A DNA stretch of 64,000 nt from Deltaproteobacteria bacterium (GTDB lineage: Bacteria; Desulfobacterota; JADFVX01), in the NCBI GenBank assembly GCA_029860075.1, contig JAOUBX010000001.1:89965-153964 (forward strand), written 5' to 3'. The first letter of the stretch is position 1, and each line of letters starts with the position of its first letter. The position numbers and the translations under genes were made by a program. The notes beneath the pieces are model-generated. The model had not been told where the DNA came from. It saw only the letters and a program-made list of their open reading frames with translations, and did not search any database. Below are positions 17,460-27,243 of this stretch, piece after piece.

Positions 17460-18539
17460 ATGCCGAAAAAAGATTATTATAAAATGCTGGAAGTAGATAA
17501 GAAGGCAAGTGATGCCGACATAAAGAAGGCCTTTAGAAAGCTTGCAAGAAAATACCATCCCGATGTTAATCCCAACAACGAAGAGGCGGAAGCAAAGTTT
17601 AAGGAGATCAACGAAGCCTATGAGGTGCTCGGTGATACTGAAAAAAGGAAGCAGTACGATACGATGGGTGACAGCTTTTTTGAAGGTTTCAGGCCGAGCG
17701 GCAGCGGCTTTGAAGGATTCAGTTCTCAGGATTTTGAAAACCTCTTTAGGGGAACAGGCGGATTTGAAGATATTTTCGGGGGGATTTTCGGTCGTGGCGG
17801 AGCCCGGCGTGCTGCGCCTCAAAAAGGTGAAGACCTTAAGTACAGGATGGAAATTGACCTGGAAGAGGTTGTGACCGGCAAAAAGGTGGATATCTCCTTT
17901 TATCATTCGACGAGTTGCACAAGCTGTGGTGGCAGTGGCGAGAAGCCGGGAGGCAAGAGTGATACCTGCTCCCGCTGCGGAGGAAGTGGTAATGCAGCCC
18001 TTTCACGAGGCTTTATGAGGGTGCAGCAGACCTGCCCTGCCTGTAACGGCGCCGGCAGAGTCAATGTGGAGGCCTGTTCTTCCTGTGGAGGGAAGGGGGA
18101 GATTGCAAAGCATGAAAAGCTGAGTGTCAAAATACCGGCCGGGGCAGATAACGGTTCCATGATAAGGCTGGCAGGAAAGGGGAATGCCGGGAGGCATGGC
18201 GGGCCATCGGGAGATCTCTATATTGAAACGAAGATAAGGGATAAGGCGGGCTTTAAAAGGGATGGCCGGGATATTACCGTTGAAGCCCTTATCTCTGTGC
18301 CGCAGGCTATTTTAGGTGACACCATAGAAGTGTCTACTATTGATGGCAAGGCAAGTATGAAAATACCTAAAGGGACACAAAATGGCCAGAAATTCAGGCT
18401 GAAAGGGAAGGGTCTTCCTCCTATGGGCGGTGGAAAGCGGGGAGAACAGTATGTTCTTGTTACCGTTAATATTCCGAAGAACCTTGACGGGGAGGCGGAG
18501 GACCTTGTCAGGGCTCTCGGCAGAAAGTTAAGGAGTTAG
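17460..18539 (+). CDS. dnaJ: DnaJ-family chaperone (J domain, G/F region, four CxxCxGxG zinc-finger repeats, C-terminal substrate-binding domains).
   Basis: J domain DYYKMLEVDKKASDADIKKAFRKLARKYHPD with the HPD motif. Zinc-finger repeats CTSCGGSG, CSRCGGSG, CPACNGAG and CSSCGGKG. Confidence 0.9.
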   Translation: MPKKDYYKMLEVDKKASDADIKKAFRKLARKYHPDVNPNNEEAEAKFKEINEAYEVLGDTEKRKQYDTMGDSFFEGFRPSGSGFEGFSSQDFENLFRGTGGFEDIFGGIFGRGGARRAAPQKGEDLKYRMEIDLEEVVTGKKVDISFYHSTSCTSCGGSGEKPGGKSDTCSRCGGSGNAALSRGFMRVQQTCPACNGAGRVNVEACSSCGGKGEIAKHEKLSVKIPAGADNGSMIRLAGKGNAGRHGGPSGDLYIETKIRDKAGFKRDGRDITVEALISVPQAILGDTIEVSTIDGKASMKIPKGTQNGQKFRLKGKGLPPMGGGKRGEQYVLVTVNIPKNLDGEAEDLVRALGRKLRS

Positions 18540-18543
18540 AAAG

Positions 18544-18921
18544 ATGAAGAGGAAAGGTTATATAATCAGCCAGGCTGTTGAAATGACGGGAACCGATGAA
18601 GTAACCCTTCTTTCCTATGAAAGGGAGGGACTTATTGAGCCCCTTATTGAAGAGGGGGAGCGGTTCTATACTGATGAGCATATTGAGAAGGTCATGATGA
18701 TAAAAAGACTTACCGATGATCTCGGTGTCAATATGGCCGGTGTGGAAGTCATTTTAAACATGCGTGAGCAGATGCTCAATATGCAAAGCGAGTTTGAAAA
18801 GATTATCGATGAGATGAAGCTCGGCATTTTGAAAGAACTGAATGATTATGAGTCGAGGCTTAGAAGGCCGAGGATTGAAAGTAAGGCGGGAAAATGCTTA
18901 AAGGTTAAGATTGAAGATTAA
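18544..18921 (+). CDS. MerR-family transcriptional regulator (HspR/CbpM-like).
   Basis: N-terminal helix-turn-helix YIISQAVEMTGTDEVTLLSYEREGLIEP is typical of MerR/HspR. It sits immediately downstream of the dnaJ-like gene, as in hspR and cbpA-cbpM arrangements. Confidence 0.75.
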   Translation: MKRKGYIISQAVEMTGTDEVTLLSYEREGLIEPLIEEGERFYTDEHIEKVMMIKRLTDDLGVNMAGVEVILNMREQMLNMQSEFEKIIDEMKLGILKELNDYESRLRRPRIESKAGKCLKVKIED

Positions 18922-21337
18922 TCCCCTTCCCCGCATCATCCTTTCCCGGCCCCTTATAAGCATAACTTTTCTCTACATTGCCGGACTTTTTGCAGGGAAA
19001 ACTTTTGAGCCTGAATATATTTTCTCTCTTCAGCTTTTGTCTCTCCTTTCGCTTCTGCTTCTTATTTCTTTCTTCTATTTTAAAGATATATTTCCTTACG
19101 CCCTTTTTCTTCTCTTTTTCCCTCTCGGTTTATTTCTCTCACAAGGTTTTGGTTTTATTTATGCCGGAAAAGAAAATGTAAGCCAATATGCGGGCCGGGG
19201 GAGGATAATCGTTGAAGGAACCGTCCTGGAAAGAAATGACCTGGGGCCTGAAAAAAAACTCTTAATAGAGACGGCAAAGGTTTTTGAGAAGGAAAGTGCA
19301 GCCGTCGTCAGGGGGCGCATACTGCTTACGCTTAAATGGGGTGGTGAAAGTATCGTGCCCGGCCAGAGGGTCAGGTTCAGGGGGAAACTTAAGGAACCAC
19401 GCAATTTCGGTAATCCCGGTCACTTTGATTATGAAAAATATCTGCATGAACGGGGAATCTATGGGACATCCTATTTGAAAGATGATGATTCGCTGGCTGT
19501 TATCGGCGGCGGCAGTCCTCTTTGGGAAAGGGTTTATTCATACAGGCGGAAGGTAAGCGCCGCCATTGAGGAAAGCAGTTTAAAAGAGTCGAGGGGGATT
19601 ATTGCCGCCATCAGCATCGGTGACCGCGGCTATATTGAAGAAGATCTCATGAGGGCATTCAGAAAGTCGGGGGTAGCGCACCTCCTGGCTATTTCAGGCC
19701 TCCATATGGGGATTGTGGCCTTTTTCTTTTTCAGGCTTTTCAGGTGGTTGCTTTCAAGGTCCGAGAGTATTCTTCTTTACAACCTGGCAGGCAAGGGGGC
19801 TGCCATGGCGACACTTATTCCGCTTACAATATACCTCCTTGCCTCGGGCATGGCAACTTCTGCCGTGCGGGCATATATTATGGTTGTTATTTTCCTCTTT
19901 TCCCTTATCATGGAAAGAGAGGCGCATATTTATAACACGATCGCCTTTGCAGCCCTTGTGATCCTCTTTATATGGCCGCCGGCTCTTTTTGAGGTTGGCT
20001 TTCAGCTCTCATTTATTGCTGTCTTGTCAATTGTTTACCTTGTTCCCAAACTGGAGCGATTCCCCGGGACAGGAAGGAAGAGTCAAAAAAAAGACTGGAA
20101 AAGCAAAATGGCAACCTTTGTCATTGTCTCTATTGCAGCATCACTGGGAACGGCTCCCCTGACTGCTTACTATTTTACGGAGGTCTCTTTTTCTGCCGTC
20201 ATATCAAATCTCCTCATTATTCCACCGGGAGCTTTTATTGCAGTCCCTCTTTCAAGTCTCGCTCTTTTTCTCTCAATATTTTCAATGGAAGCGGCAAAGG
20301 TCATGTTTTTCGCGGCCTCTGCTGTTATGAAACTTCCCATTCTGCTCGCTCAGCATATCTCATCCATACCTTATTCATCATCCATTGTTGTCCCGCCATC
20401 AGGGTATGAGATCGTTTTTTATTATCTTCTTCTCATTTTAATCTTCAGTTCCTATAGAAAAGTCGCTTTTTCAGCAATGCTTATCCTTCCCCTTGCTTTT
20501 ATGTTTTTTAAATTTTCGGATAATGGGCACGATGAATGGTCAGGGAAGCTAAGTGTGACCTTTATCAGCGTCGGCCAGGGAGAATCGGCTTTTATACGCT
20601 TTCCCCGGGGGAAAACAATGCTTATCGACGGGGGAGGGTTTTATGATAATTCCTTTGATGTGGGCCGCATGGTTTTGAGGCCTTTTCTTCTTTCCCGGGG
20701 TGTAAAAAGGCTGGATTACGTTGTCATTACCCATCCCCATCCCGATCATATGTATGGCCTTTTGCATATTGTTTCGGAATTTTCAGTCCGTCAACTCTGG
20801 ACCAACGGCATGCCGCCCTTCGATGATATATATGGTGAAATCCTGGATGTTTCAGAAAAAAAAGGGACCCTGAAAAAGGTGATAAACGCTTCATCCCCTC
20901 CTGTTGAAATTGAAGGGGTAAGGATAGAATTTTTACACCCGCCGCCGGGAGTGATGAGATTCAGATCAGGGACGGATATCAATAACGGATCGATTGTCAT
21001 GAAAGTGACTTTCGGTAATAAAAGTTTCCTTTTTACGGGAGATCTTGAAAAAGAAGGCGAAAGGAGACTATTAAGCAGCGACTATGATCTGAAGGCGGAT
21101 GTCATAAAAGTTGGTCATCACGGCAGTCTTACATCGAGCGCGAAGGCTTTTGTCAGGGCTGTTTCTCCCGATTATGCGCTTTTTTCGGTGGGTCATAATA
21201 ATCGTTTTCATTTTCCGAAGAAAGCAATTGTCAAACGCTACATGGATGTGGGAAGTTCTCTTTTAAGGACCGATGAATCGGGCGCCGTCACTTTTTTTAC
21301 TGATGGCAGGGAATTGAAAGTCAGCACATTCAGGTGA
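18911..21337 (+). CDS. comEC: DNA internalization competence protein ComEC/Rec2 (N-terminal TM region, competence domain, C-terminal MBL domain).
   Basis: LAISGLHMGIV competence-domain motif, more than 10 TM segments, and C-terminal VITHPHPDHMYGL ... VGHHGS metallo-beta-lactamase motifs. Confidence 0.9.
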   Translation: MKINPLPRIILSRPLISITFLYIAGLFAGKTFEPEYIFSLQLLSLLSLLLLISFFYFKDIFPYALFLLFFPLGLFLSQGFGFIYAGKENVSQYAGRGRIIVEGTVLERNDLGPEKKLLIETAKVFEKESAAVVRGRILLTLKWGGESIVPGQRVRFRGKLKEPRNFGNPGHFDYEKYLHERGIYGTSYLKDDDSLAVIGGGSPLWERVYSYRRKVSAAIEESSLKESRGIIAAISIGDRGYIEEDLMRAFRKSGVAHLLAISGLHMGIVAFFFFRLFRWLLSRSESILLYNLAGKGAAMATLIPLTIYLLASGMATSAVRAYIMVVIFLFSLIMEREAHIYNTIAFAALVILFIWPPALFEVGFQLSFIAVLSIVYLVPKLERFPGTGRKSQKKDWKSKMATFVIVSIAASLGTAPLTAYYFTEVSFSAVISNLLIIPPGAFIAVPLSSLALFLSIFSMEAAKVMFFAASAVMKLPILLAQHISSIPYSSSIVVPPSGYEIVFYYLLLILIFSSYRKVAFSAMLILPLAFMFFKFSDNGHDEWSGKLSVTFISVGQGESAFIRFPRGKTMLIDGGGFYDNSFDVGRMVLRPFLLSRGVKRLDYVVITHPHPDHMYGLLHIVSEFSVRQLWTNGMPPFDDIYGEILDVSEKKGTLKKVINASSPPVEIEGVRIEFLHPPPGVMRFRSGTDINNGSIVMKVTFGNKSFLFTGDLEKEGERRLLSSDYDLKADVIKVGHHGSLTSSAKAFVRAVSPDYALFSVGHNNRFHFPKKAIVKRYMDVGSSLLRTDESGAVTFFTDGRELKVSTFR

Positions 21338-21675
21338 CGGCTCTTTTGACTCGATATTGTAGTATAATGAAATTAAGGGAACCTCTAAAAAATCATGCCT
21401 TTTCTCCGCCGGAATGATGAGCGCTTCCCTGACGGTTCATATTGACTGGGAATATAAATGAAAGGTATGGCGTGATTGACAGGCACAATTCAGTGGTAAA
21501 GGGCTATTGTGAAAGGTTGAATATTTTGTGCTATACTTTATTTCTTCTCATACTCCAGTCCTGTCACAGGTCGGCCGTGATCCAATAATAAATAGTAAAA
21601 ATGTTTTTTTTGAAGGAAATTTGTTGATATACTATGATAGGATAGTTAATCTGTTCAACTTAGAGGAGAAAACTA

Positions 21676-22311
21676 TTGTCTATAAGTGTCGTTATTTCTT
21701 TCAGTAATAAACTCTTTTCCGAGGGGATAAAAAAGCTGCTCGAAAATGATCCCCGAATAAAGGTGGAAAGCGTTTCGTCCCCCGGAAAAAAGGAAGCAAA
21801 AAGATCTTTAGCCCTTAAACCGGATATTCTTTTACTCGATTTTACTGCCCTTTATAATGATTTTTCCTTCCTCGATGAGTCAAGTCTTATCAAAATGATA
21901 CTTTTTGATACGGGATGCGGGGAAAATAATATTACTCATGCCATTGTGACAAGAGGTGTCAAGGGTGTTGTGCTCAGTAATTCTTCCATTGATTTGCTTG
22001 TAAAGGCAGTTAAGGCAGTCGCTGAAGGTGACGTCTGGTTTGATAAGGCGACGGTGAAGAACCTTCTCACAGGCATGAACTCAATAAAGAGTGAAGATAA
22101 AGAGGTCCTTACGAAAAGAGAAAAGGAGGTGGTTACCCTCGTTGGCAAGGGTTATAAAAATAAAGAAATTGCAAAAAAACTTTATATCAGTGAGCCTACC
22201 GTTAAAACACATCTGCACAGAATTTTTCAGAAGCTGGAAGTTAGCAACAGACCCCAATTGATTACCTACGCCCTAAAGAATCCGGAAATTTCAGGTTTAT
22301 CTCTCGATTAG
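21676..22311 (+). CDS. LuxR/FixJ-family transcriptional regulator, possibly the EpsA-type regulator of the exosortase locus. TTG start.
   Basis: C-terminal LTKREKEVVTLVGKGYKNKEIAKKLYISEPTVKTHLHRIFQKL is a LuxR-type HTH. The receiver-like N-terminus is degenerate. RBS gaggag lies 7 nt before the TTG. Confidence 0.75.
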   Translation: MSISVVISFSNKLFSEGIKKLLENDPRIKVESVSSPGKKEAKRSLALKPDILLLDFTALYNDFSFLDESSLIKMILFDTGCGENNITHAIVTRGVKGVVLSNSSIDLLVKAVKAVAEGDVWFDKATVKNLLTGMNSIKSEDKEVLTKREKEVVTLVGKGYKNKEIAKKLYISEPTVKTHLHRIFQKLEVSNRPQLITYALKNPEISGLSLD

Positions 22312-22505
22312 CAACTAATTTTTTTATACATTTTGCCGGTGGTTTAGCTTGAAATATAGAGCTAAGTCATTGAATTCACAGGTTAATTTGGTTTGGTGTA
22401 GACCTAAAGGTTTACAACGCCGTTTACTATTTTTATCCGGTAGTATAATTGACTTGAGTGCTCATAAAAGTGAAAATGAAATCATAATAGTTTAGGAATG
22501 AGTTA

Positions 22506-22856
22506 ATGATTGAGTTAAGAATTTGTCCCCAATGCAACAAGGTTTTTTATTCTAACAGCAAAGAGTCTTCTCCTCCTTGCGTGTATTGTGGCTATGTACT
22601 CATAGAGAGATGTGAAGAGAGAAAGGAAGTATCACAGGATATGACACTTACCATTAACGGTCGAAAAAAGGGCGTAACACTAAAAGATTATTCTCCCAAT
22701 GGCGCTATGGTCGTTTATGTAGGCAGCGAAATTCCTGTTAACACTTCTTTCTTATTTGAAATAAGGGAATTGAATATTAAAAAAGCCGCTAAAATCGTTT
22801 GGTCAAAAAAAATAAACAAGTCCATATCGGCAACAGGGATTCGTTTTTGCCGGTAA
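22506..22856 (+). CDS. Zinc-ribbon plus PilZ domain protein (putative c-di-GMP receptor).
   Basis: CPQCN...CVYCGY zinc ribbon followed by RCEERKEV ... DYSPNGAMV, which fits the PilZ RxxxR...DxSxxG pattern. Confidence 0.6.
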   Translation: MIELRICPQCNKVFYSNSKESSPPCVYCGYVLIERCEERKEVSQDMTLTINGRKKGVTLKDYSPNGAMVVYVGSEIPVNTSFLFEIRELNIKKAAKIVWSKKINKSISATGIRFCR

Positions 22857-22876
22857 TGGGGAGCAGGGAGGAAAAA

Positions 22877-23497
22877 ATGAGAAAATATAAAATTAAAGGA
22901 CCCCAAATAGCTGCTTATGCTTTTTTTGCAATCCTTTTAATCTTTGCGGCGCCTAATGCGCTTGCTGAAGAAGCAGATGAGAGCAAGGCTAATAATCCTT
23001 CCGCTTACCTTATCGGTCCTGAAGATATTCTCGAAATCTCTGTCTGGAAGAATGAAGACTTGTCAAAAGTGGTAAGAGTAAGGCCTGACGGGGTGATTTC
23101 TCTCCCCCTCATTGGAGATGTGATTGCCGCCGGCCTCAGTCCGGCAGAATTGCAAAATATAATAATTGAAAAATTGAAAAAGTATCAGAATGCCGCTGTT
23201 GTTTCCGTCATTGTCGGCGAGGTTAACAGCTATAGAGTCTTTGTTGTCGGTGAAGTGGTAAGGCCTGATACGTATATATTGAGAAGAAAGACTTCGGTTA
23301 TTCAGGCCGTCGCCATGGCAGGCGGCTTTACGCCTTTTGCCAAAAAGAACAGGATTGTCTTGATCAGGGAAAAAGGGAATAACAACGGTAATGTTAAAAA
23401 GAAAATTCGCATTTACTTTGATGACATTGTAGATGCCGGTGAAAAATATGATAACAATTTAACCTTAATTCCGGGAGATACCCTCTTTGTCCCGTAG
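22877..23497 (+). CDS. Polysaccharide export protein (Wza/EpsE family; Poly_export plus SLBB domains).
   Basis: Signal peptide, then PSAYLIGPEDILEISVW...RPDGVISLPLIGDV...GLSPAELQ, which is characteristic of Wza-like exporters. The ATG at 22877 has a ggagg RBS; the six-frame ORF's earlier start lacks one. Confidence 0.85.
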   Translation: MRKYKIKGPQIAAYAFFAILLIFAAPNALAEEADESKANNPSAYLIGPEDILEISVWKNEDLSKVVRVRPDGVISLPLIGDVIAAGLSPAELQNIIIEKLKKYQNAAVVSVIVGEVNSYRVFVVGEVVRPDTYILRRKTSVIQAVAMAGGFTPFAKKNRIVLIREKGNNNGNVKKKIRIYFDDIVDAGEKYDNNLTLIPGDTLFVP

Positions 23498-24638
23498 ACC
23501 AGGCTTATTACTAATAATGATTATTTTAATGCAATCAAATTTAATGAGTAAGAGCGCCTTTGGAATGATGACGTTGAGCCCCTCTCTTGCCGTTAGTGAG
23601 CGATACCATAGTAATGTTGAGGCGAGCAGTACTGATGAAGAGGCTTCCGAAGATTACGAAACATCGATTAATCCGCAGATTGCTCTCCTTAATGAATGGG
23701 AGGGCCTCTCAATTACCGGTAACTACAGCCTCAATTCGAGGCTCTATGCGAAAGATGCCGATCGTAACTATGTAGGCCACACCTTTAGCCTGGCCATGGA
23801 TAAAGAGCTTACAAGGAATATATCCATGTTTTTTTCCGATTCTTATATTTATACAAAGGATTCCCGTGAAGCCCTTGAAAATCAGATGGAGCTGGGCCGG
23901 GGCACGGTCATTACAAACAGCGCGGCTTTGTCTTTGGCCTATACTATTAGTGAGAGGGCCTCATCAGGCATCGGCATATCACAAAGTACGACACTTTATG
24001 ATAATGAGGAGCTTTTTGACGATAGAACGGATGGCTTATCCCTGACTTATTCAAACAGGATGAGCCGCTATTTAACGTTGGATTTCAGTTATGCTTACAC
24101 GGTTTTCAACTATGAAAATGATTCTCATGTTGATGACCGGGAGATTCATAATATGAGCCTTGGCATAACAAGAATGTTAACGAGATCACTCACTTTTACC
24201 CTCACTGCCGGCGTGAATTATATGCCCGACATGGAATCCGATTATGACTGGACCGGCAATGGGGGACTTTCCAAATCATGGAGACGGACTTCTCTTGACC
24301 TTGCCTATACAAGAGCCGTAACAAACAGCGGCGGTTTGGTGGCGGAGGTTGTCATTAATGATCGCGGTTCTCTTCTTTGGCATATTAACAGGGCAAGGAC
24401 AGTCACATGGTCGCTTGAGGGGAGTTATTCAAAAAGCAGGAGTAAAGACACTGACGTGATAGACAACTATTCTTACAGTTATGGTCTTAATTGCAGCTGG
24501 CAAAGGGGCGAATGGACTATGCTCAATCTTGGTGTTACAAGGTTTGAACAAAAGACGGATGATCTGCTCACGAGAGAAGTGGAAAGTAATGCCCTTTTTT
24601 TGAGTATTGCATTCACTCCCGAAGGATGGAGATTATAA
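23487..24638 (+). CDS. Putative outer-membrane beta-barrel protein of the EPS locus (EpsL-like). TTG start.
   Basis: Signal peptide MSRRPGLLLIMIILMQSNLMSKSAFG, alternating amphipathic beta-strand composition rich in Y/S/T/N, and a terminal aromatic residue pattern. Position between the exporter and Wzz matches PEP-CTERM loci. Confidence 0.6.
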   Translation: MSRRPGLLLIMIILMQSNLMSKSAFGMMTLSPSLAVSERYHSNVEASSTDEEASEDYETSINPQIALLNEWEGLSITGNYSLNSRLYAKDADRNYVGHTFSLAMDKELTRNISMFFSDSYIYTKDSREALENQMELGRGTVITNSAALSLAYTISERASSGIGISQSTTLYDNEELFDDRTDGLSLTYSNRMSRYLTLDFSYAYTVFNYENDSHVDDREIHNMSLGITRMLTRSLTFTLTAGVNYMPDMESDYDWTGNGGLSKSWRRTSLDLAYTRAVTNSGGLVAEVVINDRGSLLWHINRARTVTWSLEGSYSKSRSKDTDVIDNYSYSYGLNCSWQRGEWTMLNLGVTRFEQKTDDLLTREVESNALFLSIAFTPEGWRL

Positions 24639-24639
24639 G

Positions 24640-26160
24640 ATGATAGCAGATACGAATAAAAATTTGATAGATCAGGTAGAGCCTTTTATCCGGAGAAAGT
24701 GGATAATCGTCATATCTTTCCTGCTGGTTTTTCCTCTGTCTGCCGCTTATGCCTTGATGATGCCCAAGTCATATCGTTCGACGACCTTAATACTCGTCGA
24801 ACAGCAGAAGGTTTCCGAACAATATGTGACACCCACAGACGCTACTCCCATTACGCAGCGTTTAAATACGATAAGTCAGCAAATAATGAGCAGGACCAAC
24901 CTGGAAAGTATCATCATGGATTTTAACCTTAATGCCCCCAGGGAGCCCGGGTTAAAGGAAAAAATATTAAATAAACTCGGTCTTTCAATGGATCGCACTC
25001 CTGTAATGGAAGTTCTCATTGAAGAGATGAAAGCCAATATTGAAGTGAATGTGCATGGCAGACGGCGAGGTTCGGGAGATGCATTCAGCATAAGCTTTGC
25101 GGGGAAGGACCCGGAAGTAACGAGGCAGGTAACCAATGCGCTGGCCACAATGTTTATTAATGCAAACCTTAAGATAAGAGAGCAGTATGCCGAGGGAACG
25201 ACGGATTTTATTTTAGGGGAATTGAAAAAAGCCAAGCTTGAACTTGAGGCCCAGGAAAAAGCGCTGTCGGATTTTAAAACGGAGCATATGGGGGCATTGC
25301 CTGAACAGCTGAATGCCAACTTAAGAACGCTTGACCGTTTGCAGTTGGAGTTGCAATCCGTGAGGGATAGCATTAAAAGCACGAAAGACAGGAAATTATT
25401 GCTTGAAGCTCAATATGCAGCGGGCAGGTTGGCGCCGACGGCAGGAACGGGAGATATATTGTTTCGCCTCAATGAAGAACTGGCCGGCTTGATAAATGAA
25501 GAAAGATCATTGCTGTCCCTGTATAAAGAAAACTATCCCGATGTCATTCTTGTTCGGGAACAAATCAGGAATTTGGAAACCCGGATAGCGGAAGAAAAGA
25601 AGAAGAAAGGCAAAAAAGGCAGAACCGCCGGAAATGGAGTGTCTTCCGGATCAAATAGTGAGCTAATGATGTTGGAAGGGCAGATACGATTATATATGAA
25701 CCGGGAATGGGAAATTAATAAACAGACGAGGCATTATGAAAAACGTGTGGAAGAAACGCCCTCTAATGAGCAAAGGCTGGCAGATTTGACAAGAGATTAT
25801 AATATTTCCTTTCAAAATTACCAGCAGTTGCTTGAAAAAAAGCTGAGCGCCCGATTGGCCGAGAATTTGGAAAAAAGGCAGAAAGGGGAAAAATTCAGGG
25901 TCCTCGACCCTGCCAATTTACCGGAAAAGCCTTTTAAGCCGAATGTAAAATTGATTGCCGCCATGGGTGGGGCTCTTGGTATCGGCCTCGGTATGGCCCT
26001 TGTTTTTCTTATTGAATTAATGAATCCGGCCTTCAGGAAAGCAGAGGATTTTGACGGTGTTTTTTCATTGCCTGTTTTAGGGCAAATCCCCCTGTTTGAA
26101 GATAAGCCTGAAAAAAATATTAAAAGCAGGTTGAAGGTAGTTAACGGTGGAAAGGCTTAG
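24640..26160 (+). CDS. Polysaccharide chain-length determinant protein (Wzz/GumC/EpsF family).
   Basis: N-terminal TM (WIIVISFLLVFPLSAAYALMMP), a long coiled periplasmic domain, and a C-terminal TM with a Gly-rich AAMGGALGIGLGMALVF segment. Confidence 0.85.
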   Translation: MIADTNKNLIDQVEPFIRRKWIIVISFLLVFPLSAAYALMMPKSYRSTTLILVEQQKVSEQYVTPTDATPITQRLNTISQQIMSRTNLESIIMDFNLNAPREPGLKEKILNKLGLSMDRTPVMEVLIEEMKANIEVNVHGRRRGSGDAFSISFAGKDPEVTRQVTNALATMFINANLKIREQYAEGTTDFILGELKKAKLELEAQEKALSDFKTEHMGALPEQLNANLRTLDRLQLELQSVRDSIKSTKDRKLLLEAQYAAGRLAPTAGTGDILFRLNEELAGLINEERSLLSLYKENYPDVILVREQIRNLETRIAEEKKKKGKKGRTAGNGVSSGSNSELMMLEGQIRLYMNREWEINKQTRHYEKRVEETPSNEQRLADLTRDYNISFQNYQQLLEKKLSARLAENLEKRQKGEKFRVLDPANLPEKPFKPNVKLIAAMGGALGIGLGMALVFLIELMNPAFRKAEDFDGVFSLPVLGQIPLFEDKPEKNIKSRLKVVNGGKA

Positions 26161-26164
26161 TTTA

Positions 26165-27184
26165 ATGAAGAAAAATGTGCTCAATTTAAATATCAATTCT
26201 TTGCAAATGGAAAATACCGGCGCCGCCGGCATGGAGAATTTTAATAAAAAGATGACTGAAAGTGACAAAAAACGGAATGTGAATGCTTCCAGTATATGGT
26301 GTATTGGCGGAGGGAAGGGGGGCATTGGAAAAAGCTTCATATCGTCTAACCTGGGCACCCTGCTGTCAATGCAATCGAAAAGAGTGCTGCTTGTCGATGC
26401 AGACTTTGGCGCCGCAAATCTGCATACCTTTATTGAATGCAGGCAAAGAATGTATTCTTTCTCAAAGTTTTTGAAAAGGGAGGGCTCAAATATCAGGGAC
26501 GTTATTTGTAAAACGTCATTTGATAATGTGGACCTTCTTAGCGGGGCCAATGATGTTCTCGATGTGGCGGATATCAAGGAGGGCGCCATGAGGCGTCTCA
26601 TAAGAGAATTAAGAAATCTTGACTATGATTATATTTTGATCGATGTGGGGCCGGGCACTTCATCTCATATGCTGGACCTGTTTCTTATGTCCGATCAGGC
26701 CCTTTTAATATCGACGCCGGAGCCCACATCCATTGAAAATACCTATCGTTTTTTAAAGGCCCTCTGTTTAAGGCAGATAAAGCAGCTTGTCAGCAGCGGG
26801 AAAGACGATGAATTGAAAGGGGCCCTTTGCGCGGCCCTGGGAATGACGGGTAACAGCAAGGCAAAGACCATCATTGAAATTTTTGAAAGGTTAACAACGC
26901 TTGATAACGGCCGGGGGAAATACCTTGATGCCGTCATAGGAGAAATGGATTTTTCACTCATCATTAATCAAACGAAAAATAAAGCCGATGAAAATATCGG
27001 TTTACAAATGAAACAGGCATGCTGTGACTATTTTAGTATAGAAATGAATTACCTTGGCCATATCAAATACAATGAAACCGTCGGGGATTCGCTTCGTAAA
27101 CGCATGTCTCTCGTAAAAGACTTCAGTAAAAGTGAGCCGGCTCTGTTGATGAAAGCCTGCCTGAAGAAGATGCATGATAAATGA
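26165..27184 (+). CDS. MinD/ParA-family P-loop ATPase associated with the EPS locus.
   Basis: Deviant Walker A GGGKGGIGKS, VDADFGAANL and the downstream Walker B ILIDVGPG. Confidence 0.75.
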   Translation: MKKNVLNLNINSLQMENTGAAGMENFNKKMTESDKKRNVNASSIWCIGGGKGGIGKSFISSNLGTLLSMQSKRVLLVDADFGAANLHTFIECRQRMYSFSKFLKREGSNIRDVICKTSFDNVDLLSGANDVLDVADIKEGAMRRLIRELRNLDYDYILIDVGPGTSSHMLDLFLMSDQALLISTPEPTSIENTYRFLKALCLRQIKQLVSSGKDDELKGALCAALGMTGNSKAKTIIEIFERLTTLDNGRGKYLDAVIGEMDFSLIINQTKNKADENIGLQMKQACCDYFSIEMNYLGHIKYNETVGDSLRKRMSLVKDFSKSEPALLMKACLKKMHDK

Positions 27185-27243
27185 GCCTTTTTTCAAGACC
27201 AAGTTTAATAACGTGAATAGTAAATGAAAACAATGGGTCTGCT

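Noticed and set aside
18003-19447. Minus-strand ORFs overlapping dnaJ and comEC (for example 17903-18160, 18003-18197, 19159-19404)
   Set aside because: Antisense to strongly supported genes, with proline- or arginine-rich low-complexity translations typical of GC-rich antisense frames.
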